Assembly (NCBI GenBank): GCA_002256025.1
Contig: NKIB01005148.1
Location: 62,001-126,000, forward strand
Direction: 5' to 3'
From: Asterionella formosa
Lineage: Eukaryota
Length of the DNA stretch: 64,000 nucleotides
Below the pieces are notes generated by a model. The model was not told the DNA's origin and did not search any database. It saw only the letters and a list, made by a program, of their open reading frames with translations. The position numbers were made by a program, and so were the translations under genes. Shown here one piece after another: positions 48,437-60,289 of this stretch; position 1 is the stretch's first letter, and each line of letters begins with the position of its first letter.

Positions 48437-50242
48437 ATGATTTCCAAAGTCGATGAATGCCACCTGAGCAGCTGCCGGTACCATGCCCCGAGGATGTTGC
48501 GAGTAATAGTCATTATGGGTTCTCTTCCTTTCCTTATGTGGATGGTTACGATGCAATCGACAATATCATCCATGACGGTGAAATCGATTGAGGCCAAGTC
48601 ACAATTACGAGGAACTGATATCAAGGATGTGTCCATGGCTACTGTACGGCGTGCAGTACAGCAAGGTCTGGAGAACCTGAAAAAGCCTCAAAAGAAAGAA
48701 CCAGCCGTGAATCGTGCGTTGAAGCTCTCACTGTCAGAACTCATTACTGATCCATCAACAGATTCTATCGGTTCGAGGACGACACTAGACATAACAACAA
48801 CTAGTGCGAGCGGGGAAAACGACATCATGATGGTACAGTGGTTGCAGGGATCGAACAAGGACCACAAGACTGACATCGAGGATGAAGATCAAGTGATGAG
48901 GTCATTTGACCAAGACAAGGACGATAATGTCACTGTATCGTTGTCAATTATTTCTCAGCGGAGGCATGAACTCAAATCAAACCCTGACTTGTCTTCGGCA
49001 GTGGACAACATACGCATTACGTCCGCCGCGTCGAGCTTGTTAAATGTTCACCTTCACCACAGTGATAGCAATACTCTGGCAAGCAAAAATCGAGTGCAGC
49101 AAGACGAGCAGCTGCACAATGAAACGACCGCCGATGTTCAGGTAGACAAGTCCAAGGTACACCATAATGAAGACATCCAACCACAAACTCAACCTGGAAC
49201 TCAACTTTATGGGGAATCCTCCTCGTATCAAGCCATTTCACCAAAATCTTCGGCTCAAACTTTGAATCCAATTATTATGTGGCAAACCCATTTTGCCAAA
49301 CCCACCGCACCCGTCAAGACACTTTTGATTCCAGATGCGGAAAGGGGGCCCCCGATTGTTTCGACGTCTATGTTTGATTCACAAACGACGAAGACAACAA
49401 CAGCAACAACTGAAGAAATAACTTCGTTGTCGTCAAAGCCTAAAATGTTCACTTTCTATACAGCAATCGACGAAGGAAGAAAACAAACTGGGATGAGTCC
49501 GGATGCCGATTATCGTTTATTGGAAGCGTGGAATGAAGAGTGGTCCAATGCTGGTTGGGAACCGCGAGTCATTACGCTCCAAACTGCCATGGAGCATCCA
49601 AGTTTTGAAAAACTGAACCTTAAGTTGTCGAGTTTAGTCAAGTCTATTTCAACCTATGATCGATTCTGTTTTCTTCGATGGCTTGCTATGGTTGTTGCTA
49701 CAACAGGCACAAAAGGGGGATGGATGAGTGATTATGATACCTTTCCATTGCATCCTTTGGATGGTAGAATGATCCCCAATGGTGGGCGATTGACAGTTCA
49801 CGAAAATTCAAAGAATGGAGGAGTCCCATCCTTAATTTCTGGATCACCAGAAGAATGGGATCGATTGGCAATGGAACTTATCCATAATGCCTATTTGCAT
49901 CGAGACGAACGGTTTTGGAGTGACATGTTCGCCCTCCATGATATATATGTGTCAAGTGGTAAAACCATTTACATGATGGAACATGGAGTCACACCAGCTC
50001 AAGTTGTGATGCGAAAACACGGAATTGAACCGCGGACTTGCCTAAGGACTCAGAGTAGATACGCCATTCATTTTTCTCACTATGCTATAGAGAATGGGAA
50101 TATGGAGGCAGCCAACATCACTGAATCAGCAACATTGATTAATATCAAGCCTGAACATCGATCATCAATAGCTAAAGAATGGCTGCGAAGGTGGAGAGAG
50201 CTATGCATCGATGGCCAGAAAGAACCTGTGGCACCACTGTAG
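48437..50242 (+). CDS. Type II membrane glycosyltransferase-like protein (DxD domain, one copy)
   Basis: N-terminal TM helix, long Ser/Thr/Asp-rich stem, and a C-terminal domain WSNAGWEPRVI...HP.F...YDRFCFLRWLAM...GGWMSDYDTFPL...WSDM...IHFSH. The start codon is uncertain. Confidence 0.75.
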   Translation: MISKVDECHLSSCRYHAPRMLRVIVIMGSLPFLMWMVTMQSTISSMTVKSIEAKSQLRGTDIKDVSMATVRRAVQQGLENLKKPQKKEPAVNRALKLSLSELITDPSTDSIGSRTTLDITTTSASGENDIMMVQWLQGSNKDHKTDIEDEDQVMRSFDQDKDDNVTVSLSIISQRRHELKSNPDLSSAVDNIRITSAASSLLNVHLHHSDSNTLASKNRVQQDEQLHNETTADVQVDKSKVHHNEDIQPQTQPGTQLYGESSSYQAISPKSSAQTLNPIIMWQTHFAKPTAPVKTLLIPDAERGPPIVSTSMFDSQTTKTTTATTEEITSLSSKPKMFTFYTAIDEGRKQTGMSPDADYRLLEAWNEEWSNAGWEPRVITLQTAMEHPSFEKLNLKLSSLVKSISTYDRFCFLRWLAMVVATTGTKGGWMSDYDTFPLHPLDGRMIPNGGRLTVHENSKNGGVPSLISGSPEEWDRLAMELIHNAYLHRDERFWSDMFALHDIYVSSGKTIYMMEHGVTPAQVVMRKHGIEPRTCLRTQSRYAIHFSHYAIENGNMEAANITESATLINIKPEHRSSIAKEWLRRWRELCIDGQKEPVAPL

Positions 50243-50472
50243 CCACCTCAAATTGTTCATACTAAAGACAACTGTATTCTGGTATACATAAATATCCGGA
50301 AAGAAGCTGTGGCACTATATCCCCTTGAATATTGTCCATACTATAGCCCATTCTGGTATAAAATAGAATATAACTGTATTCTGGTATACATAAATATCCG
50401 GAAAGAAGCTGTGGCACTATATCCCCTTAAATATTGTCCATACTGTAGTCCATTCTGGTATAATTAGAATAT
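50215..50472 (+). repeat. 102-bp tandem duplication, plus a degenerate unit overlapping the stop codon of the upstream gene
   Basis: AACTGTATTCTGGTATACATAAATATCCGGAAAGAAGCTGTGGCAC... starts at 50270 and again at 50372. The related CCAGAAAGAACCTGTGGCAC starts at 50215. Confidence 0.9.
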
Positions 50473-51777
50473 ATAGTAGTGGTCCACTAGGTGATGTGTG
50501 CTTTCCTGTTGTTCCCATTAGTCTACTAGATAAACTAATTTGTTGTAAAGTAAAATTATTTTAGGCGAGAAAAAATGACAAAAATAGCCGCCCACTTCAT
50601 GATATACACCCTAACCATTTATTTACCTGAGAGGATATTGAGCATAATGTTCTAGAAAATCAATGAATGATATTGCTTTGGTCGTGTATCTCCTTTCAGT
50701 TGTGCATCTAGCTAGGCATCAGGAGCTAAATTCTTCCCCCACCAAACTAACTGCTGGGAGATAGTGCTAGCTATAGGAGAGGATGAACCCTTGCATTTTC
50801 AACATATTCACCTAACACTGGCATATCACATAGCTAAGTCTCAAATTGATATACTCTCTCCTTCTAAGTGAAAGGAATAATTCTGCACAATTCACAGTGA
50901 ACAAAGAATTTGCTAGGTCCAATGACCAGTGATGTCCATCCGAAAGCAACTATATTTATGCACTGGAAACATTGTTGGTGAAAATTATTTAAGCTGTGTA
51001 GCATGCTTCCCTTTGCTTGTACCCATCATGATTCTGAACCAGGCAGGAGTATCATTGACAGTAGTGCAATGGCTTGATAAGAACGAAGACACAAATATAT
51101 TAGGTTGGCGCCTTGTTTCTTTGAAAATTTCTATCCTTTGAAAGGACTCTGCTAATCACTGGCCACTTTCCATCCTTGATATAGGTTGTAGGTCACATCT
51201 GCTGCACCCCAGTTAGTAGTCTATTCTCACCTTAGTGGACCTTGCCTAGTAGTGGTAGCTAGTTCCTGCCTTGAACTCCTTGACATTTTCAAGCAGTTCC
51301 TCCAGCTGTGAACACTATTTATGTCAGCTCTTGTTACATGGCTTCTTTTCTGTCTCAGCAAGATTGCAGTGGCAAAATAATAATTGAGGAGATGATAAAT
51401 CAAGTTTGATAGAAACATGCCCATGGCGGTGGATATGATGGCAGACAATGACAGGAGAATGCATTTGCATACGATTATTAATATGATAAATCTAAGATCA
51501 TGATGAGTGGCACTTTTAGACAGCATCTAAAGTCAGCAGCATTCATTTCCAGAAAATATAATTAATATGCACTAACGGTATTGTTATGTATTTGTTCTAT
51601 CCTGTATGTTCTATTGTATTACATTATTATGTATACCGCATGTACCAATAAATTGTGGTGTTCATGCCCATAAGCAGTCGATGACAGACAAAAAGCTGCC
51701 ATTACTCCTGATGTACAATAGGTAATAGAGCCGGACGCCCTCCCCCTCCCTCAGAGACTAATTCAAGGTTCATTTCC

Positions 51778-53694
51778 ATGCTAAGCCCCACAACGATGCT
51801 GCTCATAAACTCGCTAGCAGTAGGAATTTTCCTGCTTCTTGCCGGAGCATGGATGATATCTGATCAGATTCCGAGAGTCCATCTTGTCGCACGGCCAAAT
51901 CCTCCTATTCGACGACGCTTACAATCCAACAGCAACGAGAGGCCAGTTATGCATACGTTTTATCATGAGTTCAACGCAGCTGCAGCTGGTACTGGAATGA
52001 CCACAGCTGCAGACCAGGCGCTCCTCAAAGTCTGGGTGGACGAGTGGACTAGCGCCGGATGGAATCCAAAAATTCTCAACATGGAGGACGTTCGACAGCA
52101 TCCACAGTTTGAATCAATTAATGCAATGCTCAACGGTCTTCCTTTTAAGTACTATGACGTGAGTTATTTATGCATATCGTGAAACGTTCGACACAATCTC
52201 ATTCTAATGTTAACTCGTTCGGTACAGAGACTTTGCTTTCTACGTTGGCTAGCAATTGCCCAAGTCGGTGGAGGATGGATAGTGTAAGTTGAAAGGATTG
52301 TCCTCGATAAAAGTCAAGTGCTTGTTTATTTTAGTTCTCACAAAATCGAATTCATCAACCTTAGCGATTATGACGCATTTCCACTTGCGTTTGTAACTAA
52401 CGAATTACCAAACCAAGGCCGGATGACAATTCACGAGTATGCTCCAACCGGTGGAGTTCCAGCCATGGTTTCCGCCAATGAAGCAGAATTTAATCGTTTT
52501 GCCTGGGCATTGGTGGAAAATGCGCAACTTCACAAACATGAGGACCATTGGAGTGATATGAAGGCACTTCAGGATATTTATCAACAAACACTTGGGCAGA
52601 CATACGTTATGACAAAGCTGGTACTGCCCGGTTTGGCTGTGTTATCTGGAAAAGGCTATACAGATGAAATTTGTGAGCGTGCTAAAGATGCAGCCGTAAT
52701 TCATTTCAGTCATAACGCGATTGCTAATGGAGTGACCCCTCCAGGAACAGGTCCAGGGGACAGGTCCTCCATTGCTCGAGATTGGTTGACTGGTTGGAGG
52801 AGTTCCTGCAAGGTCTTATCTAATTTGCCTGTAGTAGAAATAGAGCCACATATTCGGAAAATCGATAATGCAGACCCTCCGCAACTGCAACGCGCTACGC
52901 TGGTCGATCCGATGTCACCAAAGGGGTCGAAACCAATTATTTACTCATTCTTTGAGGAGGCTGATGTTGATCACACAGGAATGTCACAAGACGACAATGA
53001 AAAAATGATTCAAGCTTGGGCGACGACATGGATAGAATTGGGATGGGAACCAAGAGTTTTGACTATCTCAGTAGCATCACAGCATCCTCAATTTGTAGCA
53101 TTTGACAAAATGTTGACTGGTCTCCCATTTCGGACATTTGACAAACTCTGCTTCTACCGGTGGATTTCCATGGCCGTTGTACAGGGAGGTTGGATGAGTG
53201 ATTATGACACGTTTCCGTTGGAACGTGTCAGATGGAATCAGAACGGAGACCCTCATTTTATTCCCAATAATGGAGACTTAACTGTCCATGAGTTAAGTAA
53301 AATGGGCGGTGTCCCTTCTCTCGTTTCTGGAAGGGGTGATGAATGGTTTCGACTCGCCAAAGCTCAAGTAGAAAATGCCCAAGATCACAAATCTGTTGTC
53401 CATTGGAGTGACATGAAGGCAATGCAAGATCTTTACCAACAATCTGGGGGAAAGTTTTACAAAATGGAGGAAAACGTTGTGATGGCGTCGATCTTACTCG
53501 ATGGCAAGACCTTAGATCTACATCTCTGCCTTTGGCTAAAATCTAAGTATGCAGTGCATTTTTCCCGTCACTCCATGCTCCAAACTGGACGTTATAAGGA
53601 TGGCCATGATGGAGCAAGACAACGACCTGAAGTCGCTAGAAAATGGATAAATGAGTATCGACAAAAATGCCAACCCGTTAATTCAGAGAAATAG
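51778..53694 (+). CDS. Type II membrane glycosyltransferase-like protein with two tandem DxD domains, 3 exons (introns 52159..52227, 52284..52364)
   Basis: Paralog of 48437..50242. Domain 1: WTSAGWNPKIL...YYD|RLCFLRWLAIAQVGGGWIV|DYDAFPL. Domain 2: WIELGWEPRVL...CFYRWISMAVVQGGWMSDYDTFPL. Confidence 0.8.
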
Positions 53695-53849
53695 AAAAGT
53701 GAGTGTTCTATAAACCAGAGGGTCTGAAATGTCATGCCATCATCACTGGTGTTTATATTGTGAATCATGAATCAAAGAGGGAGGTCTCATATATAAGATT
53801 AGTTATTTCTACATTCACAGGCTGTGCCCTCATTCATGATTTGATAAAA

Positions 53850-54505
53850 TGATAGTCTGTTTTATAGCTCATTTGTATGTCCCTATTTAGACAAGTATTC
53901 ATTGTGCTACCTTCTGTTAAGCCCTATTTTCCAATTATTATTTCATCTATTTAGCACCTTGAGACCACTCAAGTGTTAGGTGGGCAGGTAGTCTGCATAG
54001 CGCTTCCTGGCATTGACAGCCAAGGTTTTACAAAATCTAAACATTCCTAGTATCAACACAACAAACATGGAAAGTTTCAGCACTGTAAAGCTTGCAAAAG
54101 TGTGAACACACTCTCTTGAATAGAGAAGGTGTAAATGAGCATGCTGGATGTACCATACTTTGGCGAAGGTAAATTAATCTGTCCCTTTGTAAAGGAAACC
54201 ACATGTCGATCAAGAGAAGCAAGAGTGAACTTAAAAGTTACAAGGTTGCTATTGCGGAGTGGTGCAAAGAATTTGGCAAGAAGGTCAAGGCAAAGAAAAA
54301 AGAGCAGTCAACCAAATTTATTCGCAAGGTTTGGTAGGCAGTAATCAGAATGTCACCCCCTAAAACTAAAAATGGAAAAATAGACTGTGCCATTTTAATT
54401 TTAATTTTATAGCGCCTTAAAACTACTATTTTTGTGATAGTGCAGCCTACTGTATAGCGCTTCCAGGCGTGATTAGCCGGGTTTTTAATACACTAAAACC
54501 CTCCT
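53850..54505. repeat. Cluster of repeat fragments: SINE-like body (53850..53915) and two direct copies of the AGCGCCTTAA terminus (53932..54050, 54395..54505)
   Basis: CAAGTATTCATTGTGCTACCT is identical to ~8078..8098. ATAGCGCTTCC(T/A)GGC occurs at 53997 and 54455. Confidence 0.7.
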
Positions 54506-55384
54506 GATATCATCATAGCATTTGTATTGACTTCTGGCGCTGTCAAGCGTCGATATATTTGGTGAGTAACACACATTTAACCGCCATTCGAAGTGTGTTG
54601 GAGTGCAAATGATTGCTGAGAGGTGCTTCTTGTACTGAGGTGTGTGTCATTCTTTCTTCTTGTCATCGGACCTTTGTAAAAATGTGTGAATTCTAGTTTG
54701 TGCTTGTTGTGGTCTGGTTGGCCACACTTTGGGTTGGCGTAATGCCATATTCTTGCTTGATGCAATGTGAATGAAGGTTTATTGTTACCCACTTTTGCCA
54801 GTTTTGTCGATTCCTTGAAAAAATCTGTCTTTTCCAATTTGGAACCTGTTTATGCTTTTTAGACTTGCTCTCGGCGCAAATCTTTAGTTTCGAACCCCAT
54901 TGAACCATTGATAATCATGTGATCATCTTTGGCCTCTCTACATTTGTTTTTTAGTCATGGACACTTGTTGAGGCTTGCTTGCTTTTACATCGAAAAGTTT
55001 TGCAATCTGGGATGGAGGTAAAAAGGTTGCATTCACCTTGATATTTATCTTGTTTATCCATACACTTGTTTTCCACTGTGCCATATGGGATGACTTTGCC
55101 GTTTTCTGTATATTTAGGATAGAATTCAACCCTCTCTTTCTGTTTGTAGCGCTGCCTTGTGCTCACTCATATAGGTGGCATTGTGATTTTGGTGTAAAGT
55201 GATTCCGTTAATTTCATCCATTTTGTCATCTGTTCATTTTGTAGTTAATGTTTTTCCACTCTTTGTGTTTGCCCAGGACTTTGAGGGTCAACAGTAACAC
55301 TGAATCTGCTGTTATTTCTTGTTGTAGATGACCTTTCTTTTCCTTTATGGTGGGTGTTATTTACCTTGCCTTGCATTGATGTGC

Positions 55385-55860
55385 GAAAAATGTCTCCAAT
55401 GATTACCATCTGTCCACTGGACAAAATCTTGCGCCAGTTCTGGTGCGATTAAGTCATCATGTTTCATCTTGTGACGCCACCATTTGACCACATCCACTTG
55501 CCCAAATGCCAATGTTCCAGCAAATACTGGTATACATCAAGATGGCAAGTTCTCCCACATTTTCCCCGCCCTTCGACTGACCAATGCAAAGTAGTTCAAT
55601 CATCGCGTTTGGCTTTATAACAATCTGTAGCTTTATGTGGCACCAAACACTTGACAGCGTCTAAGTTGCCACTCCCACATGCCCAATGCAATAGTACATG
55701 ATATTCTGGTTCCAATGGATCGCCTCCATGCGAGAGGAGAAATTGAACCAAGCAAGTTGTATCATTTCGACTAGTGTATTGTGTTGACCATGAGGTGTTG
55801 TCTTCTTTTCGACATGCACCTATTAGTCCATGTTGAAAGACAATATCCCATGCTTCGACA
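55385..55860 (-). pseudogene. Ankyrin-repeat gene remnant
   Basis: Hand translation gives LVQFLLSHGGDP...LLHWACGSGNLDAVKCLV...KRDD*TTLHWSV...CHLDVYQYLLEH, then a frameshift to AFGQVDVVKWW. Contains an in-frame TGA and is absent from the ORF track. Confidence 0.7.
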
Positions 55861-57357
55861 TGAGCGGTCTCAAAGAATTTGTTTTTGTCATTGAATTTCG
55901 TTTTGTCATCCTCATTTGATTAATGATGATCGTCAGACAGGTTGTATAGTTGATGAAGCGCACATAATCGCTCTATTTTGCTGAATGTGATGCACATGTT
56001 TGTGGAGACACAAAAAAAGGTTTAATGTTTTTCCGTTATTGAGATATATATGTGAAATGTATCTCAGTAAAGATTCTTTTTTTAAGATACAATAAATAAT
56101 AATTTTTGTGTCTCTGTTAAGATCTCCCCTTCGCTGTTGGCAAACATGCATATTTTATTTGTGCCACCAGGGATGATCTTAACAAAGATGCAATTTCAGA
56201 CTTTTACAGAGATGCATTTTACAAATATAACGCAGTAACAGCAAAACAGTAAACCATTTTTGTGTCACCCCAAACATTTACATCAGACTCAGCGAAATTA
56301 TATTATCGATACGGCATAATCACTCCTGATGTGTTTCATTTTTGCATCATTTCGCTCTGATGATCATTACTCCATGAATTATATCTGATGTGCAATTCAC
56401 CACATTTTTCCTCTCCTTCTGATTTATGCATGATGGAGTCCAGCTTCTGGAGGCTTGTATGCCAATCAGGGAGGGCATGGTTATGGCCAAAGTTGAGGAT
56501 AAGATTGAAGCAGACATAGCAATCAAATTATCCGATGCAGTGACGGAACTTCCTGTGGCGAAGAAAATGAAAGTTATTGACTTAAGTGAAGGAAGATCTA
56601 TAGTCAGCGCCCCTAAAGATCGAAAAGTCTTCGAATTACACTCAAAGTCGGGGAGAACGTGAAAATTAAATGAAACATGTTTATGTAGAAAAATAATGTT
56701 GCTTAATGCTGCATTTGTAGCGATACACACAGATAAACATTTCTGAGCAACAAAAAGGTTTTGCTGGAACCCACATGTTCGAGATACAAAATATTATACT
56801 GAGCAACCAACATATTTTTCCATTTATATCTCTGTTAAGACCTCCTGGCCTCTGACTCCGATGGAATCTTTGTTCTCCTCCATTAAAACCCCCAATCTTA
56901 TTTCGATTCTGGGAATGAGTTTCACCCTAAAATAGTTCCAGTCAAATCGAGTTCCACGACTGAAAGATAATCATTGTTCAAGCTGGTCGGCTTAACTATT
57001 AAACTTTTTTGTATCAGCAGGCGTGAATATCTTGTCTTGTCCTAATTGTCATGTCAGCAAACCATCATTGCCAATTGCCTACTGGTTCATGTATTTTTCA
57101 ACCTTGACCTCTATTGCTAGCTATTTCTGAGTGAGGTTGAGTGCTGTACTTTTAAATGGCTTAACGTCGATGTCAGAAAGAATGAAAATGATGGCGAAAT
57201 TCCATCATAGTGACAGTAATAAGAGAAAACCTGGAATCAATTTCCTCACTCCACCACTGGTCCATCAAGCACGAGATGATAATTTGATCATTTCTGGAAG
57301 CGAATAATTTCAGAACTACAGCAATTAAGGGAGATTGCTCTGGTATGGTCGGTGTTG

Positions 57358-58044
57358 TTACATTGGACCCAGGACGCTGTTGATGTGCTCTATGAAGTCT
57401 GAGTCTCCATCGCTTTCTTCTTCATTATTGCAACTAAGATCACATTTGCAGAACGAATCTGTTTCATTTTCCGACAGTTCAGAAACGGAAAAATCGGTTC
57501 TTGGTAGAATAGCTGATGAGCTAGCAGTGATGGACAACGGATTTGAAATCCCTCCCTGTGGTGCTCCAGCCTGTCGAGCTCGTAGATGACGGTTCATTCG
57601 TTGGCCCGTTTTGCAATACAATGCATCTCTCAAAGCGTGCGACACCTTTTCGTTAACTCTTTCGATAGTTAGCTCTATCCATTGATTCTTTTCTGTGTTC
57701 CACTTTAAGAATCGTCCACCGCTTTGACGAATCGCGTCGATGACTTCATTGACCACCTCATTTTGGTCACCTTTGTCCCTCGCTCCTTCAAAAAAGCAGA
57801 GAAAGCGAGCGATCAGCCTTTGGTAATAACGATTTCCTGTGTGTCTCCGATTCAATTTATTTCTTCCGGAGAGAACGTCCATTTCAGCAACACCATCGGC
57901 AAGCGGAGGGTTCGGCGAAGGAAATTCCGGAATTGTCAGGGTTCCGCCTGATGCACTAGTACTAACAACCACGTCGCCAAAAAATGAGCTGGATTCTTTT
58001 CCTTTTGGTTTCACTGTTTGAGTAGGATTCTTTTCGTTTTGCAT
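57358..58044 (-). CDS. DUF6824-type domain protein (diatom-expanded family)
   Basis: DVLSGR....RRHTGNRYYQRLI...IRQSGGRFLK....W.E.....NEKVSHALRD signature. Confidence 0.85.
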   Translation of the reverse strand: MQNEKNPTQTVKPKGKESSSFFGDVVVSTSASGGTLTIPEFPSPNPPLADGVAEMDVLSGRNKLNRRHTGNRYYQRLIARFLCFFEGARDKGDQNEVVNEVIDAIRQSGGRFLKWNTEKNQWIELTIERVNEKVSHALRDALYCKTGQRMNRHLRARQAGAPQGGISNPLSITASSSAILPRTDFSVSELSENETDSFCKCDLSCNNEEESDGDSDFIEHINSVLGPM

Positions 58045-58756
58045 ACCTATTCTTTAGTATAAAAGAGGAAAGCGATGCATTGTTTGCTCATTTGTATGAT
58101 AAACAGAATAAATGTGAGACGTATTTTGGAAGGAAATGGTCATAACAAATACATATTGACTATAATACTACCGGTATAAAATCATGTTTTTATGTTGTAC
58201 GATGTGAATGTACCATGCTCCGTGCTTTTCTTTTCGCTCAACGAATGATTTAATTAAATACGATATACCGGTACTCCCTATCGGGACCCAGTGTTGGTAT
58301 CTAACGCTTTTACAGGTACCTGGTAGTTGATGCATCCTGTTTATTATTTAAAAGTAAGAAGTATGCAGTAAGTAATGGACTTTACCGGTACTGGGAGCGA
58401 AGTACGGGTAACTGTGTTTTAAGGCGAATGTCCCGTGGTACCAGATTAAGGGACTACCGATATGCCGGTAGTTCCGCTGTTCGGGGATGTATGACGGTAC
58501 ATTGGAGTCTAATAAAAGGCAATATTAGTAGAAATGCATGATAGCCTGCCACACTTTTATGTTTATGGATTCAGATGGTTCCACAAGAAGCGTGAATTCG
58601 GTCACAGATGGCAAAACGGGAAAACGATGAAATCTGTGACGCGACAAGAAAACTCCATTCGCAGTGTGAATCAAAATCAGATCACCTTCTCGATCGATGA
58701 TTGCCTCGCCCGACGCTCTGCTTACCTGAATATAAACACTAGTAACAAGCAAACCC

Positions 58757-59554
58757 ATGAATCGAACAGCTATTGCTATCGTCTTTATCCTAGTGGCTGT
58801 AGTAGTGGGTTTCAACAGTCATCAGGAACAGGTCCCATCGTGCCATTCTCCATTTCGACAATTGACTTGTCTCAACGCAGCTCATTTGGGGGAGCGTGAA
58901 GGAAAGATATCATGCAGCTGGATCCGAGCTTTGGCAACTGATGAAAATGTAATGAACCTTGTTCAGACTAAAAAAAACTCGAGGGTGCCAGCAATTAAAA
59001 AAAAATCCGGTATCGTCATGAGAACGGCAGCTAGCAAATACAACGAGGAGGCATCGAAACCATCATCGCCGCAGTATACGACAAGAAAGAATTCCCAGCC
59101 AAGTGTCTCGATATCGTTTGAAGGAATTGCTGGAGACTACAATTGCTATCGAACCCTATCATTAAGCTCTACTCCTGCTCGTGCTATTTCTCTTCTGACT
59201 GTGGATGCTATAAATCTTCTTAAGACGCTTTATCCTACTTTCAGGGATGGGGATTTGGGAGAAAATATTCTCATCGATGGCATTTTTTATCGGGACATGG
59301 AAGTGGGAGGAAGGTTTTATTTAGGAAATGAAGTGCTGTTGGAGGTAACAGAACCGATTGAACCATGTGCGAATCTGTGTAAGCTCCCTTACATTAACAA
59401 TGTCACCCTGACACCAAGGGATCGAATCCAACGATGCAAGGATTTCATTGAATGGCTTAATACCCAGGATGGACTCCGTGGCTGGTACGCAAAAGTTGTC
59501 AATACCGGAGTCGTAAAAGTTGGTGATACAGTACAAGACGCAAAATTATTGTAA
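58757..59554 (+). CDS. MOSC-domain (YiiM-like) protein with signal-peptide-like N-terminus
   Basis: EGIAGD, RAISL, GDLGENILIDG, LEVTEPIEPCANL (conserved Cys), GLRGWYAKVVNTGVVKVGD. Confidence 0.88.
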   Translation: MNRTAIAIVFILVAVVVGFNSHQEQVPSCHSPFRQLTCLNAAHLGEREGKISCSWIRALATDENVMNLVQTKKNSRVPAIKKKSGIVMRTAASKYNEEASKPSSPQYTTRKNSQPSVSISFEGIAGDYNCYRTLSLSSTPARAISLLTVDAINLLKTLYPTFRDGDLGENILIDGIFYRDMEVGGRFYLGNEVLLEVTEPIEPCANLCKLPYINNVTLTPRDRIQRCKDFIEWLNTQDGLRGWYAKVVNTGVVKVGDTVQDAKLL

Positions 59555-60289
59555 TCTTACCGTATCGATGTAAAGCAAGATGGAGGGTTAGCAATAGTCT
59601 TCCCATGAATCGATTCTTTTCAACGAAAGGAAAACATCCAGATAGACTGGTATTATTCTGTTTTTGCCAATCTGAAGTAAATTAGCTAGAAATTACTTCA
59701 TCTGGAGCAGATTTCAAAAACAGTGTAATTTTTCTCAGGATGTAAGATTGCCATAGAATTTTCGAACATACCATGCTACTTCGTAAGCGTATTAATAAAT
59801 ACTATTTTTCCTTGGTTACAATTTGATTCAGTGATTCAGTGAATAAAAGCGAAACGTGCTTCGGCATCAGAGACCTCAAATTTCCCAAGTCGGGGTAAGT
59901 GATAGTGAATCGCCCTTCACATAAACAAAGCAAAGATATTCATATGAATCCACAAGTCGGGTACTATTATAACAATTCCCCATGTATATTAAATCCCCAA
60001 ACAACAAATATCTATCGGGGACCAGCATGGTGATATTAGATGTTTAGGGCAAACTCGATATACATAGCTTTCCTTTTCACACCAGCAGAAATGCACTGGT
60101 TTAAGTCTTTGACAAGAAGTCAAATCTGTGACTAGCAAAGAAATTGTGAATTAAAAACATTATAATTGCATGCGAGGCAAATCACTTTAAGGAATCATGC
60201 TTCAAATGGATGCACTTGAGTTGTTACCAGACAAGTAAAATCGATTGGATGAAACATTGAACATGAATTCTTTGCTCCTGTGTCATTGA

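Noticed and set aside
59856..59875. U6 snRNA-like 5' hairpin (GTGCTTCGGCA)
   Set aside because: No ACAGAGA box or downstream U6 sequence.
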